A DNA stretch of 64,000 nucleotides from Faecousia sp. (GTDB lineage Bacteria; Bacillota; Clostridia; Oscillospirales; Oscillospiraceae): contig JAZQWI010000011.1 in NCBI GenBank assembly GCA_045632245.1, positions 27,850 to 91,849 of the forward strand. The letters are read 5' to 3'. The translations under genes were made by a program, and so were the position numbers. A model generated the notes under the pieces. The model was given only the letters and a program-made list of their open reading frames with translations, had not been told where the DNA came from and ran no database searches. Positions within the stretch are counted from its first letter, which is position 1. Every line of letters begins with the position of its first letter. Below, one piece after another: positions 50,539-60,150 of this stretch.

Positions 50539-52236
50539 TCAATTCGGCTCACCCCACATAGCAATCATCATCTTCTGCTGCTCCGGCGGTGCCTTTCGAA
50601 AATCATCGAGCATGTTCCGTGTCCATTTCACCTTAACCTGGGAAACTTCGTCACGCTCCACCAATGCGCTTTGCTGCCCCCGAATTCTCTGCGTGATCCC
50701 AAAAGCCATGACCAAATCATCATGCTCTCCCTGCTCGGCCTGCGCCTTCCAGTTCTCGTCATAAACGAATGTGAGCATTTCCCCAAGCAGGTCATAATCC
50801 GTTATTGAGTCCAAAGAATCCTTGGCCACATCTTTCAGCGTATCTACAAGCACCTGCCGCGTATTATGGTTCGTGTTGAAGCCAAAAGCTTGTACCGTCT
50901 TTTTCAAGTAGTTGTCATATTGCTCTCGCACATAAAGCTTCGGGTACTCCATTTCCTCCAAAATCATTTCGGGGAAGGTGGAGTAATTTGTTTCCACGCC
51001 AATAAGCGCGGTATTGTAGTACATGCCTAGGCAGTACATTTGTTCTGCAAACATCCGCTCGCCAAATTGATGGTGCACAACCGCCACAAGCTCGCCTGTG
51101 CAGTTGTTAATCAATGTACCTGCGAATTTATCTGTGCCAGTACCCGCGGTATCACCGCCCAATACATAATGCACACCTTTTTGGGGATGTTTTAATATTC
51201 TCAGCGGGCCTCCGGGCTCAGCCTGCCACTCCCATTTCGTAATTCGACCCGCCACATCTTTTTCAATACGGAATCGTCCATATTCCCACGGAAGCTTTCT
51301 AACCCGTTCCCGTTGAAGCACCAGCGCCTTTTTATCAAACACACAGCGGCCTGTAGAAATAAACGCTTCGTCCGGCGTTGCCGGATATTCCTGATGAAAC
51401 ATATCCACGTCGCCACCGCAGTTTATTTCAATGCACCAGCGGCGCCACGCCAACTGTTCATCATCCAGAGCAAAAGTGTCTGCCAATGCCTGCTCTTCTT
51501 CCGTCCGCTCGAAACCTGGCGGCGGCATTCTTCGATAAGAACGCATCTCAAACCACGGAAAGAATATTGGCAGGAAACCGTCTGCCCCTGTTTTCTGAGC
51601 TTCAATAGCTGAATCCCACAGTTTTTTGAACTCGTTAAAACCATTAGCCGTGGATTCAATCACTACCATTGTGTCCTTGCCGTCGGGAACAGACTGCATA
51701 ATGCCGGTGAAGGTTTCCATCTTGTCACCTGGCCAGAAAGCAAACTCCGATAGCAGAACATTCAAAAACGTCCATCCACGGCCCACGCCGCTGCCGCCGG
51801 CAGTAGCACACCGCAAGCGGCTCCCTAATCCTTTGTCCTTGCCTTTATACTTAGCCGGTCTATCAAACACCAATTCCTGCGCATTAGACGCCCTCTGCAA
51901 TGGCATTAGCGGCTCTGGTAAGCGATCATAAAACAGCTTCACCATCTTGAATAAGCTCGCTGTCGCGTCTTCTTTGTGCGCCACTATCAGGCTGCTGACA
52001 TAAAACGCTGTTGCGGTTGCCCAAAAAATCAAAGCGACAATTAGCGTGGAAAAACCCATCTGCCGTGCTTTCAAGATAATTACGCGAATCGGTTTGCCTT
52101 TGGCGCGTTCTGCCTTCAAAATTTCGTATAACCTTTGCTGGGGCTCGTTGAGGATCAGTCTTGTTAAAGCACCGCCCTTCGTTTGAATGTGAAGGAAGTT
52201 CTGTATGTACTCCTTCGCCCTGCGAATGTTTATCAT
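50539..52236 (-). CDS. terL: Terminase large subunit
   Basis: KARQMGFST, LSEFAFW, ESTANG, GGDTAG, HDDLVMA. Confidence 0.93.
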   Translation of the reverse strand: MINIRRAKEYIQNFLHIQTKGGALTRLILNEPQQRLYEILKAERAKGKPIRVIILKARQMGFSTLIVALIFWATATAFYVSSLIVAHKEDATASLFKMVKLFYDRLPEPLMPLQRASNAQELVFDRPAKYKGKDKGLGSRLRCATAGGSGVGRGWTFLNVLLSEFAFWPGDKMETFTGIMQSVPDGKDTMVVIESTANGFNEFKKLWDSAIEAQKTGADGFLPIFFPWFEMRSYRRMPPPGFERTEEEQALADTFALDDEQLAWRRWCIEINCGGDVDMFHQEYPATPDEAFISTGRCVFDKKALVLQRERVRKLPWEYGRFRIEKDVAGRITKWEWQAEPGGPLRILKHPQKGVHYVLGGDTAGTGTDKFAGTLINNCTGELVAVVHHQFGERMFAEQMYCLGMYYNTALIGVETNYSTFPEMILEEMEYPKLYVREQYDNYLKKTVQAFGFNTNHNTRQVLVDTLKDVAKDSLDSITDYDLLGEMLTFVYDENWKAQAEQGEHDDLVMAFGITQRIRGQQSALVERDEVSQVKVKWTRNMLDDFRKAPPEQQKMMIAMWGEPN

Positions 52237-52733
52237 AAAGACCCCTCTGTGCCTTGCGCATCCAGCTTAGCCAGATACTCTCCGACACCGGAGTGCTGCG
52301 TATCAATGCGCTCTCGATACCCGTAATTATTTTCTAGGTTGAAAATGATACCCTTGACATTCTTGCCATCGCGTGTGAGAAGCTCCCTTTCATTCCATGT
52401 CTGGATCATGCCGTCAGCCTCCGCCACAATGTCAGCAAATTCCGGATACTTTTCTACGTCATGATAGTTATCCCACGTGCTCCTGTGGATTCCCAACGCT
52501 GTTGCCAAATCACCCTTGCTTGGCGGCACCACATACTGGATTATTTCCACTTGCTTGCCCAATCGATTGGTGATAGGCTTTTGCTCAATAATTGCATGGC
52601 CATACGCATCTTTTTTCCCGGTATCTACAGGCTCGGTTAGCTTCACCGCACGAGTAATGCTCCTAAAATAGCGGTTAACAGCCCTTTGAAGCGTTTCCCG
52701 CGTATATTCCTTTGGCCTTCCGCCTACACCCAT
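52233..52733 (-). CDS. terS: Terminase small subunit
   Basis: GGRP start, HTH-like segment, GIIFNLENNYGY; overlaps terL start. Confidence 0.8.
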   Translation of the reverse strand: MGVGGRPKEYTRETLQRAVNRYFRSITRAVKLTEPVDTGKKDAYGHAIIEQKPITNRLGKQVEIIQYVVPPSKGDLATALGIHRSTWDNYHDVEKYPEFADIVAEADGMIQTWNERELLTRDGKNVKGIIFNLENNYGYRERIDTQHSGVGEYLAKLDAQGTEGSL

Positions 52734-53043
52734 GCTGTCACCTCCTGCATATCGCAATCGCGTGCGCTCGGGCGCGTCATGGAATCACACAGGCGCCCCC
52801 CTGCACCCACGATGTCGTGTCGAAAAACCTTCCTGAATATATGCTATCGCAAAGAAACGACGCTGAACCGTCAACATTTTTTGGCAATTTTGTTTTCAAA
52901 TTCATAATTTTTGCAGAAAAACATGGCAAAAACAAAGCAAAATTGTTAAAAGCCGCATTTTTGCAAGTTTTCCGTGAGAACGCGCAAAGGCACCCTCTTG
53001 CCCAAATTCGCAACAAGAGGGTGCCTATTCCGTTATTTTTTGC

Positions 53044-53823
53044 TTATTCCAGCCTTCGTTGAGGCAATATGTACCGAATGTATTGAGGCTGACCAGGCTT
53101 ATATGACGCTCTGAACAGCAATTTTCCCCCGCGGGGCGGCAAAAGTTCCGCCTCGCTGATGGCGATCCTGTCTTTCGGCACGGGCCGAATCAAATTACGA
53201 GACGGAATATACTTCTTGGCATCAGGAACGCGCCGCACTTGATTCATGAAATACTCCGCAATAGGCAGATAATCCTCTTGCTCGCGCAGCGGTGTCCATG
53301 AAACGCCGCCCATGCCGTACTTTTCCCACTTGTCAAGAAACGCCCGCTTTGCCCATGCCGGCACAATCAGGTGGTGGTGCACACGCACACTCTCCCCCGT
53401 TTTTCCGTCCATATCGGCAGTAATAGCCACGTATGGCAGCTCCTTGCTTTCCTTCTGTATCTCTCTGCGTACACGTTTCAGGCAGTTGCGCAGCTCTTGC
53501 TCGGCAGCATCGCGGATAATATCCATCCATTGACCCTCATCCAATGCCACACCTTCTGCCATTTCCTTAGCTCGCTTGGTCACTTTCTCGTAGCCAGCAG
53601 CGTTATAGTCCAATCCTATGAGCAAATCCCCATCATGGAAATTCGCGTTAATCAATCTGGCAAGAGTTTTCACGCAGGCATATTCATTCTGTTCCTGTTT
53701 TTTGATTTCAGAACGCGCAGTGCGTCCTGTTTTTTCAGGTCTCTTTCCCGGCACCCAGAATTTTGTTTTCTCTCCGACCTTTCCGGCCGTAACGGTTCTT
53801 ATAACCCAATACCCTTCCTGCAT
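53044..53823 (-). CDS. HUH endonuclease, rolling-circle Rep-like
   Basis: LIGLDY (motif 1-like), RVHHHLIV (HUH), IAEYF (catalytic Tyr candidate). Confidence 0.65.
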   Translation of the reverse strand: MQEGYWVIRTVTAGKVGEKTKFWVPGKRPEKTGRTARSEIKKQEQNEYACVKTLARLINANFHDGDLLIGLDYNAAGYEKVTKRAKEMAEGVALDEGQWMDIIRDAAEQELRNCLKRVRREIQKESKELPYVAITADMDGKTGESVRVHHHLIVPAWAKRAFLDKWEKYGMGGVSWTPLREQEDYLPIAEYFMNQVRRVPDAKKYIPSRNLIRPVPKDRIAISEAELLPPRGGKLLFRASYKPGQPQYIRYILPQRRLE

Positions 53824-53981
53824 GACATTATCTCCCTCTTTTAATATGGTTGGCTCTAAACTTAGGCCCTTACCAAGCCCCAAAAGGTTATCTAAGATAA
53901 CCTTTTGTAGAGTTCATTTCGGAGCAACTGCCGACATCTATCAGCAGCTGCGCCCAAACAACTCTAATGCGAACATCTGTT

Positions 53982-54272
53982 TTATTCCATCCACCAACTA
54001 TCCCAGAACGCATCATAATATCGTCGAACCAACCGTTCTAAGGTAGAGCGGGACAGAAAGTGTTTGGCACATACCATATTCGCTCCGATATTTGTAGTCA
54101 CAAATTCCAGCAAAGCTTTTTCATAATCACCGCCCACTTCCCTGCAAAGCGCTCGGATCTGCTCTTTCTTTCTGACGGGCAACTCATTATATAATTTAGA
54201 ATAAAAATACACCAACCCTTGCTTGTCATAGCTCACCGGCACCGATTTCTTAAACCGAAACATGCCAAACAC
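53982..54272 (-). CDS. Small HTH protein, possible late-transcription regulator
   Basis: C-terminal HTH-like VCAKHFLSRSTLERL; upstream of packaging genes. Confidence 0.5.
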   Translation of the reverse strand: MFGMFRFKKSVPVSYDKQGLVYFYSKLYNELPVRKKEQIRALCREVGGDYEKALLEFVTTNIGANMVCAKHFLSRSTLERLVRRYYDAFWDSWWME

Positions 54273-54481
54273 CTCCTATCCACACATCTTATTAGTCCGA
54301 TTTCATCCACGCTTTGGAGCGAAACCGTGTCTTATTTCGCTGCTTAACGTACCTGCGGCGATATTCCGCCAAAATTTCCTCCCGTTCGCCAGGCCTTAGT
54401 GCCGCCACCAGCTTGCCGTAGGTTGTCCCTCGTCGCAGTGCCTCATCCGACAGAGCATTCACTCCATAATCCGCAGGCAGC

Positions 54482-54856
54482 TTATTCCCCGCCACGGTGC
54501 ACTCCCCCTCGTCCATCTCCCACGGATAATGGTTCCGGCTCTCTGATATCATAGAAACGTCGGCCATTATCTTGGAGCACTTGATATACACCCCGAGCAA
54601 AGGCCTCAATGATCTTTTCTGTATTCTCTCCAAGATCCAGCTGTGCCTTTTGCTCAATGGCGTGCATAATCTCATGCCACAGCGACAGACAGCGATATTC
54701 ATGGCTGCTATCCTCTGCCAGGGCGATTTGGCAATCCATGTAACGGATCTGCCCGGCCAGCATTTTTTCCCCGTCATTGAGCCGATGCTCGCTTACTACG
54801 GCATACTCCACGCCATCGATGCGCACACTTTCCGGAATCTTCATTTTCCCCGCCAC
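54482..54856 (-). CDS. Small HExxH zincin-like protein
   Basis: LWHEIMHAI motif. Confidence 0.6.
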   Translation of the reverse strand: MAGKMKIPESVRIDGVEYAVVSEHRLNDGEKMLAGQIRYMDCQIALAEDSSHEYRCLSLWHEIMHAIEQKAQLDLGENTEKIIEAFARGVYQVLQDNGRRFYDIREPEPLSVGDGRGGVHRGGE

Positions 54857-54857
54857 C

Positions 54858-55136
54858 TCACATCACATCATTCAGGTGCGCCAATACGCAGGTTAATTCC
54901 GTAAGCTTTTCGTTCAAAAGCTCCATGGCGTCCAGCAAGCCGGCGATCGGTCTATCCTCCCGTTTCTCCGCCCTTGAGCAGCATCCAAATACTCTTTCCC
55001 GAATTGCTTCTGCAACGGCCATCGCCTTGTCCACCGTCTCCAGGCTTATGGAGATCTGCGCGCCCGCAGGCTTCGGCTTTGCCTCCATTATTTTCATTTC
55101 CCCGGCGAGAACATTCATTTCACCTTGATACATCAT
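54858..55136 (-). CDS. Hypothetical phage protein
   Basis: ORF with SD in tightly packed operon. Confidence 0.55.
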   Translation of the reverse strand: MMYQGEMNVLAGEMKIMEAKPKPAGAQISISLETVDKAMAVAEAIRERVFGCCSRAEKREDRPIAGLLDAMELLNEKLTELTCVLAHLNDVM

Positions 55137-55150
55137 AAAATCCTCCTATA

Positions 55151-55627
55151 TTAAACTTCTTTTATGTAATAGCCCTTTTGGGCCATCATTTTTTGCTTGA
55201 TTTGATATACATCCGTCCGCCTTCCCTTGGCGTCCTCGATCACCTGTTCTCCGGTGCCGCATACCGTATATGCAAAATCCGCTCTGTACCGGATCGCCCG
55301 CACCCGCTTCCCCTCAGCCGTGGTGTAGGCTTCCTGCAATGTAAAATCCTGCTGCAAACGAAGGTCGCAGATAATACCCATCTGCAATTGCAGCATCAAG
55401 TATTCATATCTCCGCGCCTCTTTCTTTGAATCAAATCGAATCCCCGCCACCACGGTGGGCATATTGTGATACTTGCTTTGCCCTTGGCCCTCCTGCGGGG
55501 AGTGCTCCGCCTTTTCCGGTGCAAAGGGTTTCCTGCCCGTCCTTTGCCCCTCCATCAGCTTTCTGACAGCCTGTTCTCGCGCGGCCGGCGGCAGATCCGT
55601 TATGCTTTCATACACCAGCCCAGCCAT
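55151..55627 (-). CDS. DUF1064-like PD-(D/E)xK endonuclease
   Basis: SKYHN...FDSKKEA...YRADF...EDAKG. Confidence 0.8.
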   Translation of the reverse strand: MAGLVYESITDLPPAAREQAVRKLMEGQRTGRKPFAPEKAEHSPQEGQGQSKYHNMPTVVAGIRFDSKKEARRYEYLMLQLQMGIICDLRLQQDFTLQEAYTTAEGKRVRAIRYRADFAYTVCGTGEQVIEDAKGRRTDVYQIKQKMMAQKGYYIKEV

Positions 55628-55755
55628 CGCGCCACACCCGCAAGCAGCGAATACAAACCATTGCTTTTGAAATCCGACGTCGGCCGGAAGCACTTACCGT
55701 CCAATAAGCAACCTTATATGTATTGTGCCGGCACAGCTTCTGCTGAAGCCATCTT

Positions 55756-56031
55756 TTAATAGGATTCATACCGCCTCTTCCTTTCGTTGTATTCCACTTC
55801 AATGGGCGCGCTGCAAGCGAAGCATGTGATCGTAAACCCCCGTTCCTTTCGATTGGTCAGATATCGAACCTCCCGCTCACAACAAGAGCAGCACACCCGA
55901 ATCACATCTGCTCTTTCAGAGTCCATCGAATACTTTGCACCGCATCGACAGCGAGTCTCTTTTACATTTTCTTTCGTAAAGAAACTTTTCACCCGCCCGC
56001 ACGCTGGGCATTTCATATGAAAAAACGCCAT
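55756..56031 (-). CDS. Cys-rich zinc-ribbon protein
   Basis: Four CxxC/CxC groups. Confidence 0.6.
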   Translation of the reverse strand: MAFFHMKCPACGRVKSFFTKENVKETRCRCGAKYSMDSERADVIRVCCSCCEREVRYLTNRKERGFTITCFACSAPIEVEYNERKRRYESY

Positions 56032-56094
56032 ACTTCACCTCCCATTCAAAGCATTCCCTTTGTACGCAAATTCATTTCCATACCGCATTATGTA

Positions 56095-56289
56095 TCACCC
56101 TTCATGTACCGGATACTGCGGGTTCTCATCACACGCATCGCATGTTTCCGTGGAAAGTCGCTCCACTTCCTTCTGCAAAAAATTGTGCCGCTTTACTAAC
56201 CCGTCCAAAGCACCGCAGAGCTCATCTGCCAACGCAGGAGCTCCGTTCTCAACAATTTTGCAAATCATTTCAAATTGTAATTGCGTCAT
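56095..56289 (-). CDS. Hypothetical phage protein
   Basis: GGAGG SD, 64 aa. Confidence 0.55.
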   Translation of the reverse strand: MTQLQFEMICKIVENGAPALADELCGALDGLVKRHNFLQKEVERLSTETCDACDENPQYPVHEG

Positions 56290-56317
56290 TCTTCATTCAC
56301 CTCCCACCGCTTATTTA

Positions 56318-56554
56318 TCACAGTCCCACGTCCTTCACACATGGGTGATCTTCATCTAAATGGCACACTAGCCAAACAGGACAATCTTCACAGCCGTACA
56401 TCTGCTCTATTCTTTGTTTGCGCTTCGACCGTGCCCTTTCCTTTCGACTCTCTCGCCCAGGCGCCAACGCAAATACCGAAAAAAGCAGTAAGAGAAAGAA
56501 AATAATGCTAACCGCCACAAACAGCCAAAGTATCACTTCATCAGCAAGCTTCAT
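56318..56554 (-). CDS. Small membrane protein with CxxCPVWxVCHL motif (paralog 1)
   Basis: SD, TM helix, basic linker, Cys/His motif. Confidence 0.65.
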   Translation of the reverse strand: MKLADEVILWLFVAVSIIFFLLLLFSVFALAPGRESRKERARSKRKQRIEQMYGCEDCPVWLVCHLDEDHPCVKDVGL

Positions 56555-56738
56555 CCAAATCCTCCTCATCCTCAAATATTTCGTATTTCTCCGGCCTTCT
56601 GCCGTTTCGCTGTCGTGCAATCTTGGTATAGAAACTATCCCTTGTAATCCCCAGCACCTCCGCGCACTCCTTGGAAGTACCGTGGATCAGCAAAGGCTTG
56701 TCCGTTCCCACCTCATATACCGAGTAATGCTTACCCAT
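56541..56738 (-). CDS. Small HTH-like protein
   Basis: GTSKECAEVLGITRDSFY. Confidence 0.6.
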   Translation of the reverse strand: MGKHYSVYEVGTDKPLLIHGTSKECAEVLGITRDSFYTKIARQRNGRRPEKYEIFEDEEDLDEAC

Positions 56739-57411
56739 GTTCTCGCAGCTCCTCCACATAACACCAGCTTTGAGGCGCTCTCGTAATCGATTTCCTCTTA
56801 CACTCAGAACACCAATCTATTTCACCCTTCATGCAAACATAACTGCCTGGAAGAAATGCGCCGTTTGTTAAATCAGGATTGTTGCACGCACGCTCTCTAT
56901 GCCCACACTGCTTAACAGCATGTCTATCTATGGTAAAAAGGTCGCACAATTTCTTCGGCTTATTGTAAATCTTCAAATCCGAGATGTGCCAACCGTAAAG
57001 ACCTATTAAGTAAATGCAGTTTTCTTTTGGCTCAGCGGAATGTTCATATTCATACAACTCTTTCGCCGTTAAACAAGAGAGCTTCACCATATCTTCGGTA
57101 TGTATGTCTGTTCCCTCTACGGGAGAAGAACGGAACAAATCACTTGCGTACTTGTATACTCGATCACAAGTAAACTCCCCTATGACTTTGCCTAAAAACT
57201 GCTCCATGAAAGGCTGATATTCTTTCGGTATTTTGGAGAAAGACCTTTTGTCTTTACTGCAATATATTTTGGCAACTTTATTCCAGTTTTCGGCTTTGGG
57301 ATAGCTTTTTCTGACCTCTACCGTTTTTTCTTTGCCGACGTCCCAGCCCATTATTTTCGCTATGATTAAGAACACCCAATACGGCTGAATACTAATCAAC
57401 ACTGCCTTCAC
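56731..57411 (-). CDS. ASCH-domain protein
   Basis: LISIQPYW, KTVEVRK, GKVIGEF, RAPQSWCYV. Confidence 0.8.
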   Translation of the reverse strand: MKAVLISIQPYWVFLIIAKIMGWDVGKEKTVEVRKSYPKAENWNKVAKIYCSKDKRSFSKIPKEYQPFMEQFLGKVIGEFTCDRVYKYASDLFRSSPVEGTDIHTEDMVKLSCLTAKELYEYEHSAEPKENCIYLIGLYGWHISDLKIYNKPKKLCDLFTIDRHAVKQCGHRERACNNPDLTNGAFLPGSYVCMKGEIDWCSECKRKSITRAPQSWCYVEELREHG

Positions 57412-57417
57412 AGTCCA

Positions 57418-57570
57418 TCACCGCCTTATGTACTGAGGCTTCTCCGCTTTCCACTTCCGGCGGAGCCAAAACGCCCACCACGGCGGTCTCTCTGCTTCCC
57501 AGTTCCGCAATCTGATCTCATATTCCCGGCGGCGTTCCTGGCGTTCCCGCCTTGCTTTGCTCTGTCTCAT
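57418..57570 (-). CDS. 50-aa Arg/Trp-rich peptide (below ORF-track cutoff)
   Basis: Fills the gap in the operon: MRQSKARRERQERRREYEIRLRNWEAERPPWWAFWLRRKWKAEKPQYIRR. Confidence 0.55.
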   Translation of the reverse strand: MRQSKARRERQERRREYEIRLRNWEAERPPWWAFWLRRKWKAEKPQYIRR

Positions 57571-57571
57571 A

Positions 57572-57787
57572 TCAAACGCCCGCCATTTCTTTAATCTTTT
57601 TGTTTATTGGTGTTATGACCTCAACCAACATTCTATCTCTAATCATTTTCCAAACCTTTTCTCTTTTCCAAAATGGAAGTTTTCGTATCTCTCTCATCAC
57701 ATCTATGCACAAAAGAGCCTCTTGGTATCCCCAGCATCCATCACACGCCCGCTCGTTGCACCACTTTACAAACTGCTTAAAAGTCAT
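57572..57787 (-). CDS. Hypothetical phage protein
   Basis: MTFKQFVKWCNERACDGCW; packed operon. Confidence 0.6.
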   Translation of the reverse strand: MTFKQFVKWCNERACDGCWGYQEALLCIDVMREIRKLPFWKREKVWKMIRDRMLVEVITPINKKIKEMAGV

Positions 57788-58259
57788 CTTCCTTCCCCCT
57801 GTCCCCAAGCACAATCTCGCATACTGCCTTCTTGCTAAGATTGCCCTTGAAGCTGTTAATCATATCCACGATCCCCGCCTTCACCTCAGCTATGATTTCA
57901 TCCTTAATTTGCTCTTTGGTTACGGCGGCATTGTTAAATTGAATCTTATAGGAATTCACAAGGTCACGCTGCTTGTCCGCATCCTCCCTTGCCCGCGCTG
58001 TTCTTTCTCTTTCCCTCTGAAGCTCTAAGCCTGCCAGCTCCAGCCGCTTGGAATATTCATCCAGGGTAACGAGAGCCGCCTCATATTTCAGCTGCACCTC
58101 TCTTGCCTTTTCCAATTCATTCATGAGGTAATCGTTTTGGCGCTTTAAGCTGCCAACCCGTTCATACTCTCTGACAAGATAATCCTTAATGTCCGGAACT
58201 CTTATCACCGGCATTTCTTCCTCTTTCTTCCGCTTAAATACTGCAAGAAAATTTCCCAT
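57777..58259 (-). CDS. Coiled-coil phage protein
   Basis: Heptad-rich ORF with SD. Confidence 0.6.
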   Translation of the reverse strand: MGNFLAVFKRKKEEEMPVIRVPDIKDYLVREYERVGSLKRQNDYLMNELEKAREVQLKYEAALVTLDEYSKRLELAGLELQRERERTARAREDADKQRDLVNSYKIQFNNAAVTKEQIKDEIIAEVKAGIVDMINSFKGNLSKKAVCEIVLGDRGKEDDF

Positions 58260-58273
58260 TTTCCCGCTCCCTC

Positions 58274-58546
58274 CTATTCATACACCTGCGCCTGTTCCGG
58301 ATCTTCCGTAGGCGGCGTAGCTTTCTTTCCCTTCACGCAAGGATACTCCGCATCCAAATGGCACACCATCCACACCGGGCATTCCAGGCATTCCGCCTTC
58401 GGCTCACGCCTTAAACTGCGCTCCCGGCGTCTTTCCCTCAGCATATTTCTGATCAGGAGCGCTATAACCACCGCAGAAATGGAGAGCGCAAGCCAAACCA
58501 CGACCCCTGCGATCACCGCAATCAAAACCTCTTCCTTCATGCTCAT
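58274..58546 (-). CDS. Small membrane protein with CxxCPVWxVCHL motif (paralog 2)
   Basis: TM helix, basic linker, Cys/His motif; start overlaps the RT stop. Confidence 0.65.
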   Translation of the reverse strand: MSMKEEVLIAVIAGVVVWLALSISAVVIALLIRNMLRERRRERSLRREPKAECLECPVWMVCHLDAEYPCVKGKKATPPTEDPEQAQVYE

Positions 58547-59577
58547 GCCTCCTTTTTCAAAATCTTATCTATCTTCTCATCCATGGCCCTGCCCAATTGA
58601 TAACAATTGCCATGGGAGATATGGTTTTTGTACGCCCCGTAGGATAAGCGGAATTTCTTTTCCGGTAACTTCCCAGCGGCCACCAGCTTCGCCATCCGCA
58701 GGTATTTACGTTGGGCATTCCGTTTATTTTGGTTCTTGACTTTCCGGATCACTTTGCCTTCTGCGGTAATATAAGTGTGGAATCCCAAATAATTGACGCC
58801 GTTCTTAAATGGGAAAATCTGCGTCTTACCGTTCAAACTCAGTTCCAGCGTTTCCAGATATGCCGTTATAACTTCCAGACAATGCTGCAAGTACTCTTTG
58901 CTCGGATGGATCAGCCAAAAATCATCCATATACCTGCCGTAATACTCAATGCCCAATTCGTGGCAGATCAGCTTGTCCATGCTGTCCAGGTACATAAGAC
59001 CAAATGCTTGGCTAATTTGGTTTCCCAGAGGCACTCCCTTTCCCTCGGTGCTGTCGATGAACAGCTCACACAGCCAGCACACATCCGGATCATCCCCGAA
59101 ATGATATCGCACGATGTCCTTCAGCTGATCGTGGGATATGCTGTAAAAGAATTTGCGGATATCGCACTTGAGGATGTACCCTTCCATGCCGTACCGGCTG
59201 TAAAACTGCTGCATCTGCTCACTCAGCCGGTCAAGGGCGAACAGTGTACCCTTCCCCTTCTGCCCAGCGCAATTATCCAGAATAAATACCTGCTGCAGCC
59301 GAGGCATAATTACGTTATCGCACAGACAGTGCTGAATGACTTTGTCTTTGAAACTGGTGGTCTGTATCACGCGTTCCTTCGGCTCATACACCTTAAATTC
59401 GTTGTACTCCGAAACGGTGTATGTTTTGCCCTTCAGCTGAGCTATGAGGGTATGTACACCATCCAACGCCCCGACGTTAAACCGGGCAGCGCTCTTCTTG
59501 TACCCTTTCCCACACCTTGCCTTGCGGAAGGCTCTATACATGTTTTGAAAATCCGTCACTTTCTCAAACTCAGTCAT
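58543..59577 (-). CDS. DGR reverse transcriptase
   Basis: KERVI, FKDKVIQH, CDIRKFF, GVPLGNQISQ, RYMDD, YLGF; no maturase domain; adjacent to TR and avd. Confidence 0.95.
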   Translation of the reverse strand: MTEFEKVTDFQNMYRAFRKARCGKGYKKSAARFNVGALDGVHTLIAQLKGKTYTVSEYNEFKVYEPKERVIQTTSFKDKVIQHCLCDNVIMPRLQQVFILDNCAGQKGKGTLFALDRLSEQMQQFYSRYGMEGYILKCDIRKFFYSISHDQLKDIVRYHFGDDPDVCWLCELFIDSTEGKGVPLGNQISQAFGLMYLDSMDKLICHELGIEYYGRYMDDFWLIHPSKEYLQHCLEVITAYLETLELSLNGKTQIFPFKNGVNYLGFHTYITAEGKVIRKVKNQNKRNAQRKYLRMAKLVAAGKLPEKKFRLSYGAYKNHISHGNCYQLGRAMDEKIDKILKKEA

Positions 59578-59682
59578 TCAGCACCATCCTTTCTGTTTAT
59601 CCGCATTGCGGAAAGGTCGTGCGTTCTTTTGATGGAGGTGTATTGATTTCGGCTAAAGCCTACTCTGTCGAACATTCCTCGG

Positions 59683-59750
59683 AACGGGCGAACGCCGTTA
59701 CTGTTGTTGTAGTTGTCATTGTTGATGTTGCCAGACGGCGAGACGCAAAG
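59683..59750 (-). repeat. DGR template repeat (TR)
   Basis: Between avd and RT; AAC-rich; matches both VRs except at adenines. Confidence 0.95.
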
Positions 59751-59778
59751 AAAAATACAACGCACGGCCTAAGTATCT

Positions 59779-60147
59779 TTAAGTCCTTTCCTTCGAGCGC
59801 CAAGCAATGGACATATATTTCACATCACGCACCATCTTGGACCAGTATTCCGCTGAGCCATCACTCAGCAAATCCAAACTCATAGATAACTCGATGTAAA
59901 ACAGCAATTCATCGCACAGCGTGACCGCCCTGGTAATCATTTCGCACCGCTCCCGCTTATGGGTTGTGTTGTTGATTCTGTTAGCTTCGAACAGTGCGTC
60001 GTAGATATCCAGGCTCTTGACCTGCATGCGGTCAACGAGGGAATGACGATACTTTTTGGGATATCGGTTGCAGTTCGATGTAAGCTTAAAGGTGTGCACG
60101 GCAAGTTCTTTTGCCTTGACAATCACCTTTAGGTCATTATCTGCCAT
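59779..60147 (-). CDS. avd: DGR accessory variability determinant (four-helix bundle)
   Basis: 122 aa, YPKKYRHSLVDRM, W near the C-terminus; immediately upstream of TR. Confidence 0.88.
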   Translation of the reverse strand: MADNDLKVIVKAKELAVHTFKLTSNCNRYPKKYRHSLVDRMQVKSLDIYDALFEANRINNTTHKRERCEMITRAVTLCDELLFYIELSMSLDLLSDGSAEYWSKMVRDVKYMSIAWRSKERT

Positions 60148-60150
60148 ATC

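Noticed and set aside
52825-52875. Late promoter upstream of terS
   Set aside because: TTGACG is present on the minus strand but there is no well-spaced -10; cannot be supported from sequence alone
58543-59577. RT as group II intron, retron or Abi RT
   Set aside because: Short, lacks a maturase/endonuclease domain, and is flanked by avd and a TR with adenine-only mismatches to two VRs
59574-59765. 63-aa ORF resembling the target C-termini
   Set aside because: It is the TR read in frame (Asn-rich from AAC codons), not a third target
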